The notes: a model not told the origin generated them from the letters alone. A DNA stretch of 61,036 nucleotides, filler included, from Sphacelaria rigidula (GCA_964200075.2; 7 parts of 7 records of this genome joined end to end with filler, not necessarily neighbours in it); one strand, 5' to 3'. Shown: positions 23,687 through 36,202, numbered from the whole stretch's first letter. Program-made: numbers and translations.

Positions 23687-24580
23687 CCTAAAGAACACCT
23701 CCACGATAACCCAGAAAAAAACACACGTGATAACTGACAACAGGAAATCCTGAAAGTGAGAACAAACCTTTTTGTGGGATCGACAAGAAAATGAGGCTCG
23801 AAATTGTGCAAAATGGCTTCCCCGTAAGGCACCGGGGAGACTGGAGGATCCCCAAAAAATGAAGAGCCGAGCCCGGAAGTTATGATACCGTTTTGATCAT
23901 CAAATGCGAGTCATTTGCTACTTCCGGATTATCTCACTCCATCTTCGGGCCAGGAATTGTTCTTCCCTCTGGCCCAAAGGGGACGAAAAATACTGTCCTG
24001 AAATGTACAGAACACTCGAGAGCTCACCTTGAGACAGTTCAGTAGTCTTCCATGTACACTATTTTCCCGTCATTGTGGTTGTTGGGAAACCGTTCGGTCT
24101 GATTTTAATTTTGAGAGTGATCTCCGAAATAGTTTGTCAGCAAGTTACGAGAACCACGAACAGTTGTTTGGAACCTTTCGGGCTGTTGACTCGATGAATG
24201 TTGGGGCATATTTTCCTCGTTTTGCGTCAGCGTAGGGCATACATACAGTTCTGATCACCATTTTGTTTTCGTTTTTTGTTCCCATGAAAAGAATATGTTC
24301 CCATTTTGGAGGATCCTCTGCTAAATCTGCTGCCTAACTCCCCGCTAGGATAACTCCATCGGTCGACGACAGAAGAGAGATTCATAGGACGTCGCCATTC
24401 AACCCGAGTACCAAAACACGAGAGATTTTATGATCCGATCACTTCAAAGTTACACCGACATTTCTTGCTTTTTCAGTATATATTATCAATAATATTCGGG
24501 CTATTACTACTGGGCAAACAGGCTGATGCGCCCTAATATGCCATAAGGTATAGACTGGCGTCCAGAATAGATAGGGTGGC

Positions 24581-24645
24581 AACACAACACACAACACACA
24601 ACACACAAAACACAACACACAAAACACAACACACAAAACACAAAC
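24581..24645. repeat. (ACACAAC/ACACAAA)n microsatellite
   Basis: Directly visible. Confidence 0.85.
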
Positions 24646-25230
24646 CGCACAGCCGAGTATACCTGAGCACCTTCGGACCACAACAGGTATGCTAGCCCGA
24701 GCTCAGTACAAACCTCCACGCAATATTTCACCATCTCTATTATTTTGCCAAAGCAGTTAAGTACCTGGTCTTGACCACGACAAGCTCAGGTGTACCTGTT
24801 TCAGATTTCTTCGTCTGTCAGACCTGTACCTGAACGTGAGCTTTTCGCCGTTCTTGTCGGCATTTGTGCCCGGTCTGTGACGGAAACCGTACCTGATCCT
24901 GGCGATTCGCTCGAACAAAAGCTACTGCTTGTGTCGAGGCCTTCTTCACCCGATAGGACCGTTCGAATCCGATATGTGTATACATACATCATGGGCGTTT
25001 TTTGGTCTTGCTCCTCCGGGGGGGATCCAACGAGAAACATAAGTACGGTTTTGAGAAGCTCTTCCCCGACAGGAAGCTGTGGCGCTGATTTTGTTTTTCG
25101 TGGTCGATGTGTTTTACAAAGAAAAAAGGCTGACACAATTGTTCCATGCACACGACAACCTGTGGTGGTTGTCGTAGCGGATGGAGGCCTAAACTCTATC
25201 ACCCTCATTAATGCGAGTCAACGCGATTCG

Positions 25231-25345
25231 TTGATTAATTGATTGATTGATTGATTGTCACACTTTATCTGACCCCTCCAGGGGTCCAGGCGTGGTCTCA
25301 TGATAGACGTTCCCAAGGAAAACAAAACCTAAACACTTGCTGAAG
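25231..25345 (-). mobile_element. (AATC)n-tailed retroposon copy
   Basis: GATTGATT tail followed by the reverse complement of the family body. Confidence 0.7.
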
Positions 25346-26102
25346 ACAAGAAGGAGCAGAAGAAAAAACAAGTCGAACAGAACGACATAGTAGACGAAGA
25401 CGTCAAAAACGCGAACTCGCACAAAAGCCTGCACGCTGACCCCGTCTTTGTTGCTTCCGCCTGGTGAATGTTGACAGAGCGCAAACTAGTATGTCCGCGT
25501 TAGCAGGACATCTAACCTGACTGTAATCGCCACGCTCGCGTGGTTATGGTCGACAGTGCACGCACCAGCGCTATGGGTGTCAGTAGGGCGTCGGGCTCCA
25601 GTTCAGGTCGCTAGACATTGTACCCGTTTCTGAGCTGAAAATGTTCAGGTGTACCTGATCGCTTGATTTGTCTTTATCTCTACTATCATAGCTTCACAAA
25701 AGTTTGATTTCTCGGGCTCGTGCTCGCAGGGTACATGGAGATGCTGTACGCTCGGTGACACTTCTTAGCACTTTGACGGCGAGAGTGGGTCATCTATCTG
25801 TTGAATCAGCATCGATTTCACTTGACAAAATATACATGATCCAGACGGACTATCTTCGTGGTCAAAGGGTTCATACCATGTGGGAAATAACGAAATGATC
25901 CAGAGAGAACACACACACGCACGCAAACACACACACGCACGCGCGCGCAGACTTACTCAAACACTCACTCACTTGAAAACACAAGAACCATGCCAACCAT
26001 AGCAGTACAAAATCGAATGAATGACGCAAAAATTTCAATCCGCTGCGTGTGAACACGATCCAAGAGGCGCAGCAATAACACGGGAGGGGGGAACCAAATA
26101 AA

Positions 26103-26202
26103 NNNNNNNNNNNNNNNNNNNNNNNNNNNNNNNNNNNNNNNNNNNNTTAATTAATTAANNNNNNNNNNNNNNNNNNNNNNNNNNNNNNNNNNNNNNNNNN
26201 NN
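26103..26202. other. Artificial contig linker
   Basis: N44-TTAATTAATTAA-N44. Confidence 0.98.
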
Positions 26203-26215
26203 ACGCACAATAGGT

Positions 26216-26441
26216 TGATAACTACTTGACTCAAGGCTCTTGTTCAAGATATGCTCTTTGTCTTGCTCACTTTCTTCTTGCTCAATGCTTTTCCACGCTT
26301 ATGTCTCACCAATCGGGCAACAGTCAGATGCTCTTTCCTGGGGAGCTCAGCAGTGAGTCTCATGTGCTACCTCAGGCTCTAAATACACCTATTTATAGGT
26401 GTACACACTATATCTGACCCTCCGATCAGACCCGTTATCCA
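26216..26441 (-). repeat. Possible LTR
   Basis: TGATAAC...GTTATCCA near-inverted ends and a TATAAATAG box on the minus strand; no second copy in the window. Confidence 0.3.
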
Positions 26442-27921
26442 AAAATCCAAGCATCGAAAGATCGATGCTGCTTGTCTTCATGACACATAGTGTTTGCTGT
26501 GAGGAATGTGGCATTGCATGTGCTGAGTGAAATATTGGCATGCATGTGCGGATTTTCATATGCGGAGAGGAATTTTGGCAGGCATGTGCAAATTTTTCTC
26601 GAATGGTACTGATATGAATGGTATCGGGTGACGACGTGGGGTCGGGCAGTTTTCAATATACAACTGTATGCTGAATGAAGAGAAGCTCGTATAATCTTGT
26701 TCACGCAGGAACACAGTCGAATCATATTTGTGCGGTTTCCTGACTGCAGGATATATGGATTGCTGCTATTAGCGTGAAAATGAGCAAAACAACTAGGAAA
26801 TGTGTAGGCTCGTGCTGAATGTAGGAGACGGTGACACCTTCTGTTAGCGTGAAAATGAGCTGAAAGATACGAAACGTGTAGGCTCGTCGTATGTGAGCAG
26901 GTATGACGCGAGTGCTGACGGTGGTTGAAGATAAAGACATTATGCGCGCATGCATCAATGATCTTTGATCGTGGCACGTTTGTATGGGTTGTCACGTGTT
27001 TGAACGAGCACGTGGTTGGTTTTCGTTCATGTCAGAACAAGCATGTGGATGATGCGTCAATTTTTTCGAAGAACTGGTGCAGGTGGACTACAAGAGTGTC
27101 GAGGAATTAATTATTTCTACATTTTGGCTGATGCACGGATGGGATATGATGGTCCAAGATCCAAACGAGATATAGATATATCTGGGATTTGCTCGAAAAC
27201 AAGAGTTCGAGAACGAGATCACGAGGAGTGATCAATGATGGCGGAGGTCGAGGTCTGTTCGCCGTCGTTGGATTAGTATGCATGACGTGAAAAGCGGTTT
27301 GAGTCCTGGCTTTCCTTTGGTTGTCCTGATGAAATGATGGCAAGTTGAAGCGTTGAAGCTTTGATGGCGGGGAGGCATGCGATGCATACTTTTTTTACGG
27401 TGTTGCAGAAGCAAGAGGCCAGGTGCGTTTTAGACGTGTTGGGTGCTTATTTCCTTCTAGCGTGAGGATGAAGTATCATTTGGCTGTTGCCTTCATTGCG
27501 CAGGTGTTGAACGTACAAAGAGTGCATTTAGTATTTTTGAGAAGTACCTTGTCTCGGATGAAAGGGACGATGAGTCACGAATGCTCTGGAATTTGACGTT
27601 AGCTGACATTCCCGGTTTCGTGCCGATGAATAGTCAAGAGACTTGTCTTGGGCGAACATTTGAGAATTTGGCGCTAGCTATCGCTTTGTAACTCGAAGTG
27701 GGGCAAGTAGCGTGATTGCATGTTCATGATGGACGATATTTTCTTGGGATCTCTTGCGAGTTGTTCGGAAGTAGGGCAAGCTTGTATGGAGCTGCTGTCG
27801 AAAGCAGCGGAAGACCTTGCTAATCTTTGCGGAAACGACGATCCTATCAGGCACCAATGATGTCTGAGTTTGTCAAGCTCTCATGTAAGTACTTGTTGGT
27901 AGTAGAGAGCTTTGGGGGTGC

Positions 27922-28158
27922 TGTAGACTCTATCCACATTGTGTAGGTGGAGTTGCGGGTCTGATAGCCGGACTCTGTGGTAGGTGACCTCCATGACGTG
28001 AGGCTTGGTTTTGCTACTCTGGTGGGGAGAGGTTATGGTCCTGTTCTCCTGTACTATGCTGAGGGTTAATATATGAATAACTAAAGCTGCTGAAGTCCAT
28101 GTGCCCGTGATGAGAGGAGTCCACATGGCGATCTGATCTTGAGTGACAGAAGTCTACA
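27922..28158 (+). repeat. 3' LTR of a third LTR element (element 3) inserted into gag of element 2
   Basis: Perfect 8-bp inverted ends TGTAGACT...AGTCTACA, preceded by TTTGGGGGTGC as for the element 2 LTR; gag sequence resumes mid-frame right after it. Confidence 0.7.
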
Positions 28159-31100
28159 GCACGCTCACCTCGCCGCAATAGGTTGCGGCGATCAAAAAGC
28201 ATGCTGGGCATGCGGCGGGCGCCGAGGTATATCTGACCCAAGCATCCGCGGCCGCAGCTAAAGCTATCGCAATGGATTCTCGGGGGAAAACGATGCTGGA
28301 GCGTGTGGAGCCCATCTTGGCCATTTTCGAGAAGTACTTAACGGAAAATCCGAACGTAGAGCTAGTATAGCGTTCCCCCGATGGTGGTTTCATTCCCGGC
28401 CCGGCAGCAGTAATCACTAAGGCTTTGGTGGAGGGGTTGGCACCGGAGAATATCAAGAAAGCCGTGCTTGTCAAGCTGCAGCACCATACAGATTGGAAGG
28501 ACGACCCGTACCTGGTGATGAGCACCGTCATGGCCGAGATCAAGGAGTGGCGAAAAATAGAGGTGTTAGGCCAGTTGTCCACCTCTTCGCCGAAATCTTT
28601 GCGTAACCATTGCTCGAAATCGACCGGTCGCGCCGCGAGTATTTCTTGCCACAGCTGTGGCTAGGTCGGCCATGACGTGCGCGATTGCTCAACGTCTTCC
28701 GGTGGAGAGTCTGGGCAGTCTAGTGCCGCGTGCCATTAGCATCGTCAGCACAAGGGCAAAAAACGAGGTAATCATGGTGGCGGCGGTGGGTACTCCGGTG
28801 GTGGAGGGTCGCAGGCGAGCCCTCAGCAGCAGCCGCGACAGCAGCAGAATCAGCAACAGCAGGAGCAGCGGCGTCAGCATGGGCCTGGCTCTGGGTCCGG
28901 CGCGTAGGTACTGTTGCTCCTCAGCGGGCGGTGCAGGTGGGCTCGACTTCTACAGAGTCGAATACTGCGCCAGCGCCGGTGGCGGCGCCAGCGGCGACAC
29001 CGGCAGCAGCGCCAGGCGTGACGCCTGTTGACCCGCTGGTCGAAGGGTTGCCAAATTCTTGGTTTGCTGGCTGGGGGGCGTACCCGCCGACGGTGCCGTT
29101 TGAACCTGCCGGGGCGTCTTCGCCTGCGCAGCTTGCGCGGCCGTGGCGTCAAGTGGGATTAGTGGCGCATGGGTCAGCGGAAGAAGTTCCCGTGGAGCTT
29201 GCCGATAAATACATTCCGGCGGGGTTATGTCTTCCGAATCAACGGCAGCGTGGAGCCATTGTGGCTCGGTCTTCGTTGGATTCTGGCGCCCATTTTACTC
29301 GTCTGCCGGTCCAGATGGTTGAGATGCTGGAACGACAACTCCCGGGTGTGCAGCTGAGCAGCCCGTTTCCGCTCGGGGCGCGGCAGGCAGTCACCGCGTC
29401 AGGTCAGCATGTTAAAGTCACGGAGCGTACTGTTCCGTTGCAGCTAGCCTTCAAGACTGCTTGGGGGCTGGCGCCGTTGCCTCCGATCTCGTTTGCGATT
29501 ATGCCAGGGTCGGATGGCGTTGTTTTTCTGGGGCTGCCGACGCTACAGGATCTAGAAGTCGACCCGTATGAGCGGTTGAAGGACTCCATCAAGACGCGGA
29601 TGTTTCCGCCTGGTACGCACGTGAGGACGCCCGCCTTTTTTGGCAGTCATCGCGTGAGCTTGTCGGTGGATGCGTTTCAGGAGTGTGAGGGGCAGGTGAC
29701 CGAGGAGCGGGATGCGGCGGTGGAACGCTTCGTAGAGCGCGGCCCGGATATGTTCATGGACCCGGCGGAAGAGGAGTCCGCTCGGAAGGTCGCGCTGGAG
29801 GAGAGCGTGACGGATACTGTGGCAAAAGGCCTCAGCGTCCCCAAAGCAGAACGCCTGCGCGGCATCTTGCATCGCTGCATCAACGCGTTTCGTCGCCTGC
29901 CGCGGGGTGATCCTCCTGCGCGCGTGGAGCCCATGCATGTTCAGCTGAAACCTGGGGCATCCGCGGTGAAGGCGAAACCGCGGCGGTACGATCCGGTGAA
30001 GTCGAGCTGGTTGGCGTCGTGCATGGAGGCTCTTTTGGCGCTTGAGTTGGTAGTCCGGAACCTGCAGGCGGTATGGTCCAGTCTAGCGATGGCGGTTCCC
30101 AAGAAAGACTCGTTTCGCCTGGTGAGCGACTACAACGCTGTAAATGATCAGGTTGAAACGTTGCCGGGTGTGATGCCCAATCAAGAGTCGGACATGCGTG
30201 ATCTCTTGAGTGCTCGTTTTTCCGGCAAGTTGGACCTCCTACAAGTTTATTGGCAGATGCCGTTAGCGGAGGAGGCGCAGGAGAGTTTCACAATCACGAC
30301 CCCGTTAGGCGTGTTTACCCCGAAGCGAGTACCGCAAGGCGTGTTGAATGCCACGGCATATAATCAAGTTATCATGACAGAACTGCTTGTCGGCTTAAAA
30401 TTCAATATATGGGTAGATGATTTGTTTTTTCGCGGATACGGAAGATGAACTTTTAGACACGCTTGACGCTATCTTGGCCCGTTTAGAGAAGGTTGGTTTG
30501 TTTGCGGCGGCTTACAACTGCACTTTCTTCGCTAGTAAACTCGTATGGTGTGGGAAAGTGTACTAACGCGGACGCGTATCTCATGACCCTGTCAGATTGC
30601 AACGCTTGTCTGACATGCGGCGCCCGGAGACGGCCGCAGAACTCATGCGATTCCTGCAGGCCGTGAATGGGCTGCGTACCTCGTTGCCGCGTATGGCGTG
30701 AACCGTAGCTCCCTTGCGTTTTGCCTTCGAAGAACTCATGGCGTGTGCTGCGAGGTGGACAAAGCGTGTCTAAAAAAACCGCACTATTCCGCCTGCATCG
30801 TGGACGGAGGGTAGGTTGCAGGCGTGGGCGGCAGCGAAGGATCTGGTGGCTCACGACATGATGCTGTTCCATCCTCGTCCTGATCGTCAGGTGCTAATAT
30901 TTCCGGATGCATCTGAGTGTCATTGGGATAGTTTTGTTACGCAGGTGCCTTAAGTGGAAATGCAAAGACGCCTGCCAGTTGAGGACATGACGCATGAACC
31001 ACTGACTTTCCTCAGTGGTAATTTTAAGGGTTCGCAGTTGCGTTGGACCACACTTGATAAGGAAGGTTTTGCTATCGTGAGCACTTTTCGTCGTTTGGAG

Positions 31101-33123
31101 CATCTTTTGTGGGATGGCGTGCACATTTTCACGGATCACCGAAATCTCATGTATATTTTCAACCCGGTCGCGTGCATTACGTCTGTGTCGAAAGCACTGG
31201 CACAACGTTTGGAGGGTTGGGAAGCTGTTCTTGGCTAGTGCCGTTACTCGATTTACCATATTTCGGGTGACCGTAACGCGTGGGGGGACTTGCTTTCGCG
31301 TTAGGTCAATATTCCGGCTTCGCCTGCGCATGCTGTGGCTGTGTATGGTCCGTGTGAACCTGATGACTCAATGCCGTCCAAATCTGTTGTCCGCCAAGCG
31401 CAACGAAAAGACCTTGGGGCTGAAGATACGGATGTGCAATCTTTCGAGTCGGACGTTGGTACTGCTATCTTGAACAATGAAGGTCTGTTTCGTGTGCATG
31501 TACGTGACCGAAACGTTTTGTGGATTCCGAGTTCTGACAGGCAGTTGCAGGTACGTCTGATGATTTGCGCGCAAATGCGCGACGCCGGGCATCGTGGTGT
31601 GGCTCGTGCGCTTGCAAGAGTTTTGTGTCTGGCAGGGGATAGAAACTCATGTGCGCGAATTTGCCCGCCAGTTTCTTCACTGTGCTGACTCGAGGGCGGG
31701 CGATGTTGTTCCCCGCCCGCTCGGCGAAACGGTCCATGGGACCACGCCGAATGAAGTCGTTCATTTTGACTTCTTGTACGTGGGCGAGAGTGGTCCGCTA
31801 GCTTCCCAAGGTTTGTCGGAGGATGCTGGGTTTCGGTACATTTTGGTAATCATGGATGATTTGAGCAATTTTGTGGCTCTGGAACCAGTAGCCGTGTGTA
31901 CTGCTGAATCGACTGCTGCATCTTTGCTGAATTGGTGCAAAGCTTTGGGGGTGCTGCGTGTGTGGCTGAGTTATACCGCCACGCATTTCAAGCATGCGCT
32001 CTTGGCCCGATTGCGAGAAGCTTTGCGCGGTGATCACCAGTTTGCGGTAGCGTATTCTCCGCGGTCTAATGATACGTGCGAACGCATGGTCAAGGAAGTA
32101 CTTCGTGCTCTTCGCTCTATTTTCCTCGAGCAGCGTAGAGCGGTTTCCGAGTGGGTGGACGTGTTGCCGGCGGTGCAATGGGCGCTAAATACAGCGTATC
32201 GTCGTCGTTACGATAGTACGCCGTACCACGTGATGTTTGGTCGTGCCCCTCGGACGTCTTTCTCGGTGCTGGCATCTTCGTCGGAATGGAAATGTGATGT
32301 TAGGGTTAGGATACGTCTCTCTCGGGGGAATGGAAACGTGATGTTTTGGACGATGTTCAAATTAAGAGTGCATTGCAAGGAGTCTTGGACGTGCAAGAAC
32401 CTTTTCACGTTCAAGTGAAGGAACGTGTTGCCGCTGAAGGTGCGCGTAGACGTGAGGGGCCCTCTATGTAGCTCGTTTGCGTTTTTATGCAGACTCGAAG
32501 CTTAATGTTACGGCTGACGTTAAGGACGTGTTCCAGCATGCTTTCAATCAGGGACAACTTCAGATGGCTGGTATTGTCCAAGTGGCAGAAGCAGATGATC
32601 GTTCGTTGATCGTGTTGGTCGACTGGGTTGGTTCCGAAGTTGAGGAGCGTACGTGGGAGCCTTTCAAGGATATTTTTGGGGCCGTTCCGGAATTTCTCAC
32701 GAAGGAGTTGTGTAATTTTTGCGTGACTCGTGCCGTTGCTGCTCGCATTTCGAGCGAGTTTGGTATTCAATTGTGACTTACTCGTCGTTTTGGCGTTTTA
32801 TATGTGTCAAGCCTTTTGATCGATTTTCGTCCAACACGTTTTGGGGGTGCTGTGACGAAAATAAGCCGTTACGTTGAGTTGGGAGTGGTGATATATATAT
32901 ATATATATATATGGATAATGACTGAGGCCACGGAGATTCTGGAGGGTTCTGGATAATGACGGGGGATACGGATATGGTGTCTCCAGATCTAGCTGGTGCC
33001 CTCGAAGGTCTCTCCTGAATAATGAGAATGTTGTAAAGGCTAACAACTGAAACTGAAGCCAGTAAGACTGGAGATACCCTCAACAGTAGTGATCCAGCAG
33101 GGCTTCCACTGGCTGGCGTCACA
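28159..33123 (+). mobile_element. Degenerate Ty3/Gypsy chromodomain retrotransposon (element 2), 5' part displaced or missing
   Basis: Gag with CHSCG*VGHDVRDC knuckle, protease LDSG, RT with WVDD, RNase H, integrase (GHRG...HFDF...VIMDDLS), chromo-like VLVDWVGSEVEERTWEP, then an LTR; clearly homologous to element 1. Confidence 0.92.
32851..33123 (+). repeat. 3' LTR of element 2
   Basis: TGTGACG...CGTCACA inverted ends, preceded by TTGGGGGTGC. Confidence 0.8.
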
Positions 33124-33309
33124 GCCCTAACAAAGTTACCCAATTGCCGGTACCGGTTTCCTGTAAGCCTCCCATACCGTACCCGACAAGTTATGTAAAC
33201 TCTGTAAGAAGTTCATACCGGTACCCGATATTTCTGTAAGTTCTGCAAGGAATCCCATACCCTATAGAACGTATTCGTACCTTACATAACACAACCTTGT
33301 AATATTGTA

Positions 33310-34836
33310 GAAGGATGGGAGCAGCTGGTCAAGAACACAGCACTCATGGGGAGGAAACTGACCGTTTGCAACAGAGCAGTAGAATGGTGGGACGAGGAAG
33401 TAAAACAGGCTGTCAGAGTAAGGAGAGATGCCCACGGGAGATAGATATCGAGAAAAACTACGGCAGGATAGGAGGAGTAGAGTAAAGCTCGAAAGGTAGT
33501 AAATAGGATGGTACGGCAGAAAAAGAAGGAAATATGGGAAGGTGTAGTAAATGAAACAGATGAAGATTTCGATGGCGGGATGAAGCAAATGTGGGTGGGG
33601 ATAAAAGGGATTATGGGAAACCAGACAGGAAAGATGGACAAGGGGATAGCTACGCTCCGGGCACAGAACGGTAAAATGATCAGCAGTTCGAAGGGGAAGA
33701 GAGAAGTGCTAGTCGAGCACTACCGTGAACTAGGAACACCAATAACAAACGCGGAGCTCGACGTAAAATTCGAAAAAGAAAACAGCACGTGGGCAGAGGC
33801 AAATGTAGAGGAGTCGAAACGGGAGGATAGTGGCTCGAAAGAATTGCACAGAGAGCTTGACGGAGATAAAATACGGGAGTGCGTACCTAAACTCAGGAAC
33901 AGAAAAGCAGCAGGGGCAGACGAAATAGTCACCGCGGTTTTGAAGCGTGAGGGGGAAGGAATGGTTACCATGATGGTTATCATGTACGATTGGATTTGGG
34001 AAAACGGCTACACACCCAAGAGGTGGAACGAAGGAGTAGTCGCCAACCTCTTCAAGAAAGGAGACAGTGCGGATCCAGGAAATCAAAGAGGAATCACGCT
34101 ACTGAGCACGGTAGGGAAAACATTATGTACGATTCTGAACGATAGAGTAGGAACGGTGCTTCAAAAGGAAGAGAAAATCAACGACGGACAAGCAGTATTT
34201 AGACCAAACCGTTGTTACGTAGACAATGTGTACACACTAAGTAAGATTATTCAGAGTAGGAAAGATGCCGGGCGGACAACGTTCTGTTTCTTTCTGTACG
34301 TGCAAAAGGCTTATGACACGGTATGCAGAAATGGGTTGTTGAAAAAGTTCTAGGAAGCTGGGATCTGAGAAAAGATGTGGAGAATGGTGAAAAAGATGAC
34401 AGAGAGTGCCAAAAGTGCCATGATGTTAGACGGGGCAATATCGAAATATTCCGATATCTTACGAGGAGCTGCACAAGGATGTACGTTATTACCCACTTTG
34501 TTCAAGGTGTTCATTAATGACTTGATAATAGCAGCAGAAACAGCAAAGCAAGGAGTCAAGGTGGGTGGACATGTGGTATCAGGATTGATGTTCGCAGATG
34601 ATTTTGTGGGGATTTCAGGGACACCAGAACGATTGTAGACATAGATAGACAAGGCGCTAGAATACATGAGGAGATGGAAAGTGACAGCGAACGTCAACAA
34701 ATGCGCGGTACTCGGCTGCAACGAAGGTAAGAAAAATCCGGTAGAGTTCAAGTGGAAGTGGGGAGAAGGGGAACTGCCGATCGTAGACCAGTATAAATAC
34801 GTTGGTGTAGAGATCTCAAGAAACTGTTCTTGGGAT
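33310..34836 (+). mobile_element. LINE (non-LTR) reverse transcriptase fragment, disrupted and cut by the contig end
   Basis: WWDEEVK, KAAGAD, LFKKGD..PGN.RGITLLS, Q..FRPNR, KAYDTV, GAAQGCTL.PTLF..FINDL, LMFADD; contains stops and a frameshift. Confidence 0.92.
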
Positions 34837-34936
34837 NNNNNNNNNNNNNNNNNNNNNNNNNNNNNNNNNNNNNNNNNNNNTTAATTAATTAANNNNNNNN
34901 NNNNNNNNNNNNNNNNNNNNNNNNNNNNNNNNNNNN
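34837..34936. other. Artificial contig linker
   Basis: N44-TTAATTAATTAA-N44. Confidence 0.98.
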
Positions 34937-35658
34937 GGTCCTGCGAAAACACGACCCCAGGCTCTAGCTTTTCGGTATTTTCAGTGGACCGACTCGATCC
35001 GGATCATATAAATGAAGCCTCAAAAATGATTGTTTTTTTTTAATTCCACCTAGTCACTGCGCTAAAGCAGGAAAACCATGTTTCTTGGACCATTCACGGT
35101 CAATAACACCGTCCTGATAAACGGGGTATTTACCCGGTATCGCCCCCACAACAACTTGGGCGATTGTGATTTGGGCACGGTTTGCTTATTTCGCCAAAAC
35201 TATCGACGCTAGCAATTTCGAGTGCTCAAGGAAAATGTTATGCGAGAAATCCCCGAAAATAGGCCATCGGCCGAAAATGCTAGACTGAGGTCTGTGCAGT
35301 TTAAGAGGTAAACACGATCTCGATCGTTATTGTGAAGAATTATACTTATTCATTCATCTGAATATTCACCGTTTCGTCGCTGAAGAGCGAGGAAACTGCT
35401 TACGTTGAACCAAAAACGGTCGATAACACCCTCCTGATAAACGGGGTACCAAGTCCGTATCGCCCTCAAAACACCAACTTGAGCACTGCATTTTGAGCAC
35501 GGTCTACGTTTTCTCCCTAAATTTACCGGCGCTAGACTTTCAAGTAGTAGTAAAAAATAGTACTCCGGAAAAACTCAAGGAATAGAACAACGACGAATTC
35601 TGAATACTTCTGATGCTGACTACTATACAACACCGTCGCGCTGTGTACTACAACGCAG

Positions 35659-35784
35659 GGCAAGTATGCACAGGCGGAGGCACTGTATGAGCGCTCACAG
35701 GCGATCAAGGAGAAGGTGCTAGGCCCCGAGCACCCGGAGTTGGCCACGACGCTCCACAACCGTGCGGGACTGTACCAGGCTCAG
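35659..35784 (+). CDS. TPR exon 1 (126 nt, phase 0-0, 42-aa kinesin-light-chain-type TPR) of a probable NB-ARC-TPR-like gene
   Basis: cgcag|GKYAQAEALYERSQAIKEKVLGPEHPELATTLHNRAGLYQAQ|gtgggg. Confidence 0.92.
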
Positions 35785-36076
35785 GTGGGGGCCGATATCG
35801 ATGTGTCGTGGTGGTGTGTTGGCGTGTCAGCGACCCTGTATGGTGCATGTTGCTGGCCGATGCTGTGGGTCGACGTGTAGTGTCGAGGTGGGTGCGGCGT
35901 CATGAAGTCGTTGTATGTCACGATTGTCAAGACCGGGCGTATTCCCGTTGGTTCGATGGCGAGCAGCGCTGAGCGGTTGCACACTCGAGCGAGGCGGTCA
36001 AGCGAACGCCTCGCCGCAGTTGTAGGTCCAGGTGCGACTGAGATACGACCCCGTCGCGCTGTGTACTACAACGCAG

Positions 36077-36202
36077 GGCAAGTACGCACAGGCTGAGGCA
36101 CTGTATGAGCGCTCACAGGCGATCCAAGAGAAGGTGCTAGGCCCCGAGCACCCGGAGTTGGCCACGACGCTCCACAACCTTGCGGTGCTGTGCAGGGCTC
36201 AG
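36077..36202 (+). CDS. TPR exon 2 (126 nt, phase 0-0)
   Basis: cgcag|GKYAQAEALYERSQAIQEKVLGPEHPELATTLHNLAVLCRAQ|gtggga. Confidence 0.92.

Noticed and set aside
27420-27770. Copia RT relic suggested by LDVLGAYF and FMMDDIFLG
   Set aside because: Only two short loose matches, with no other Copia motifs and no RNase H before the LTR
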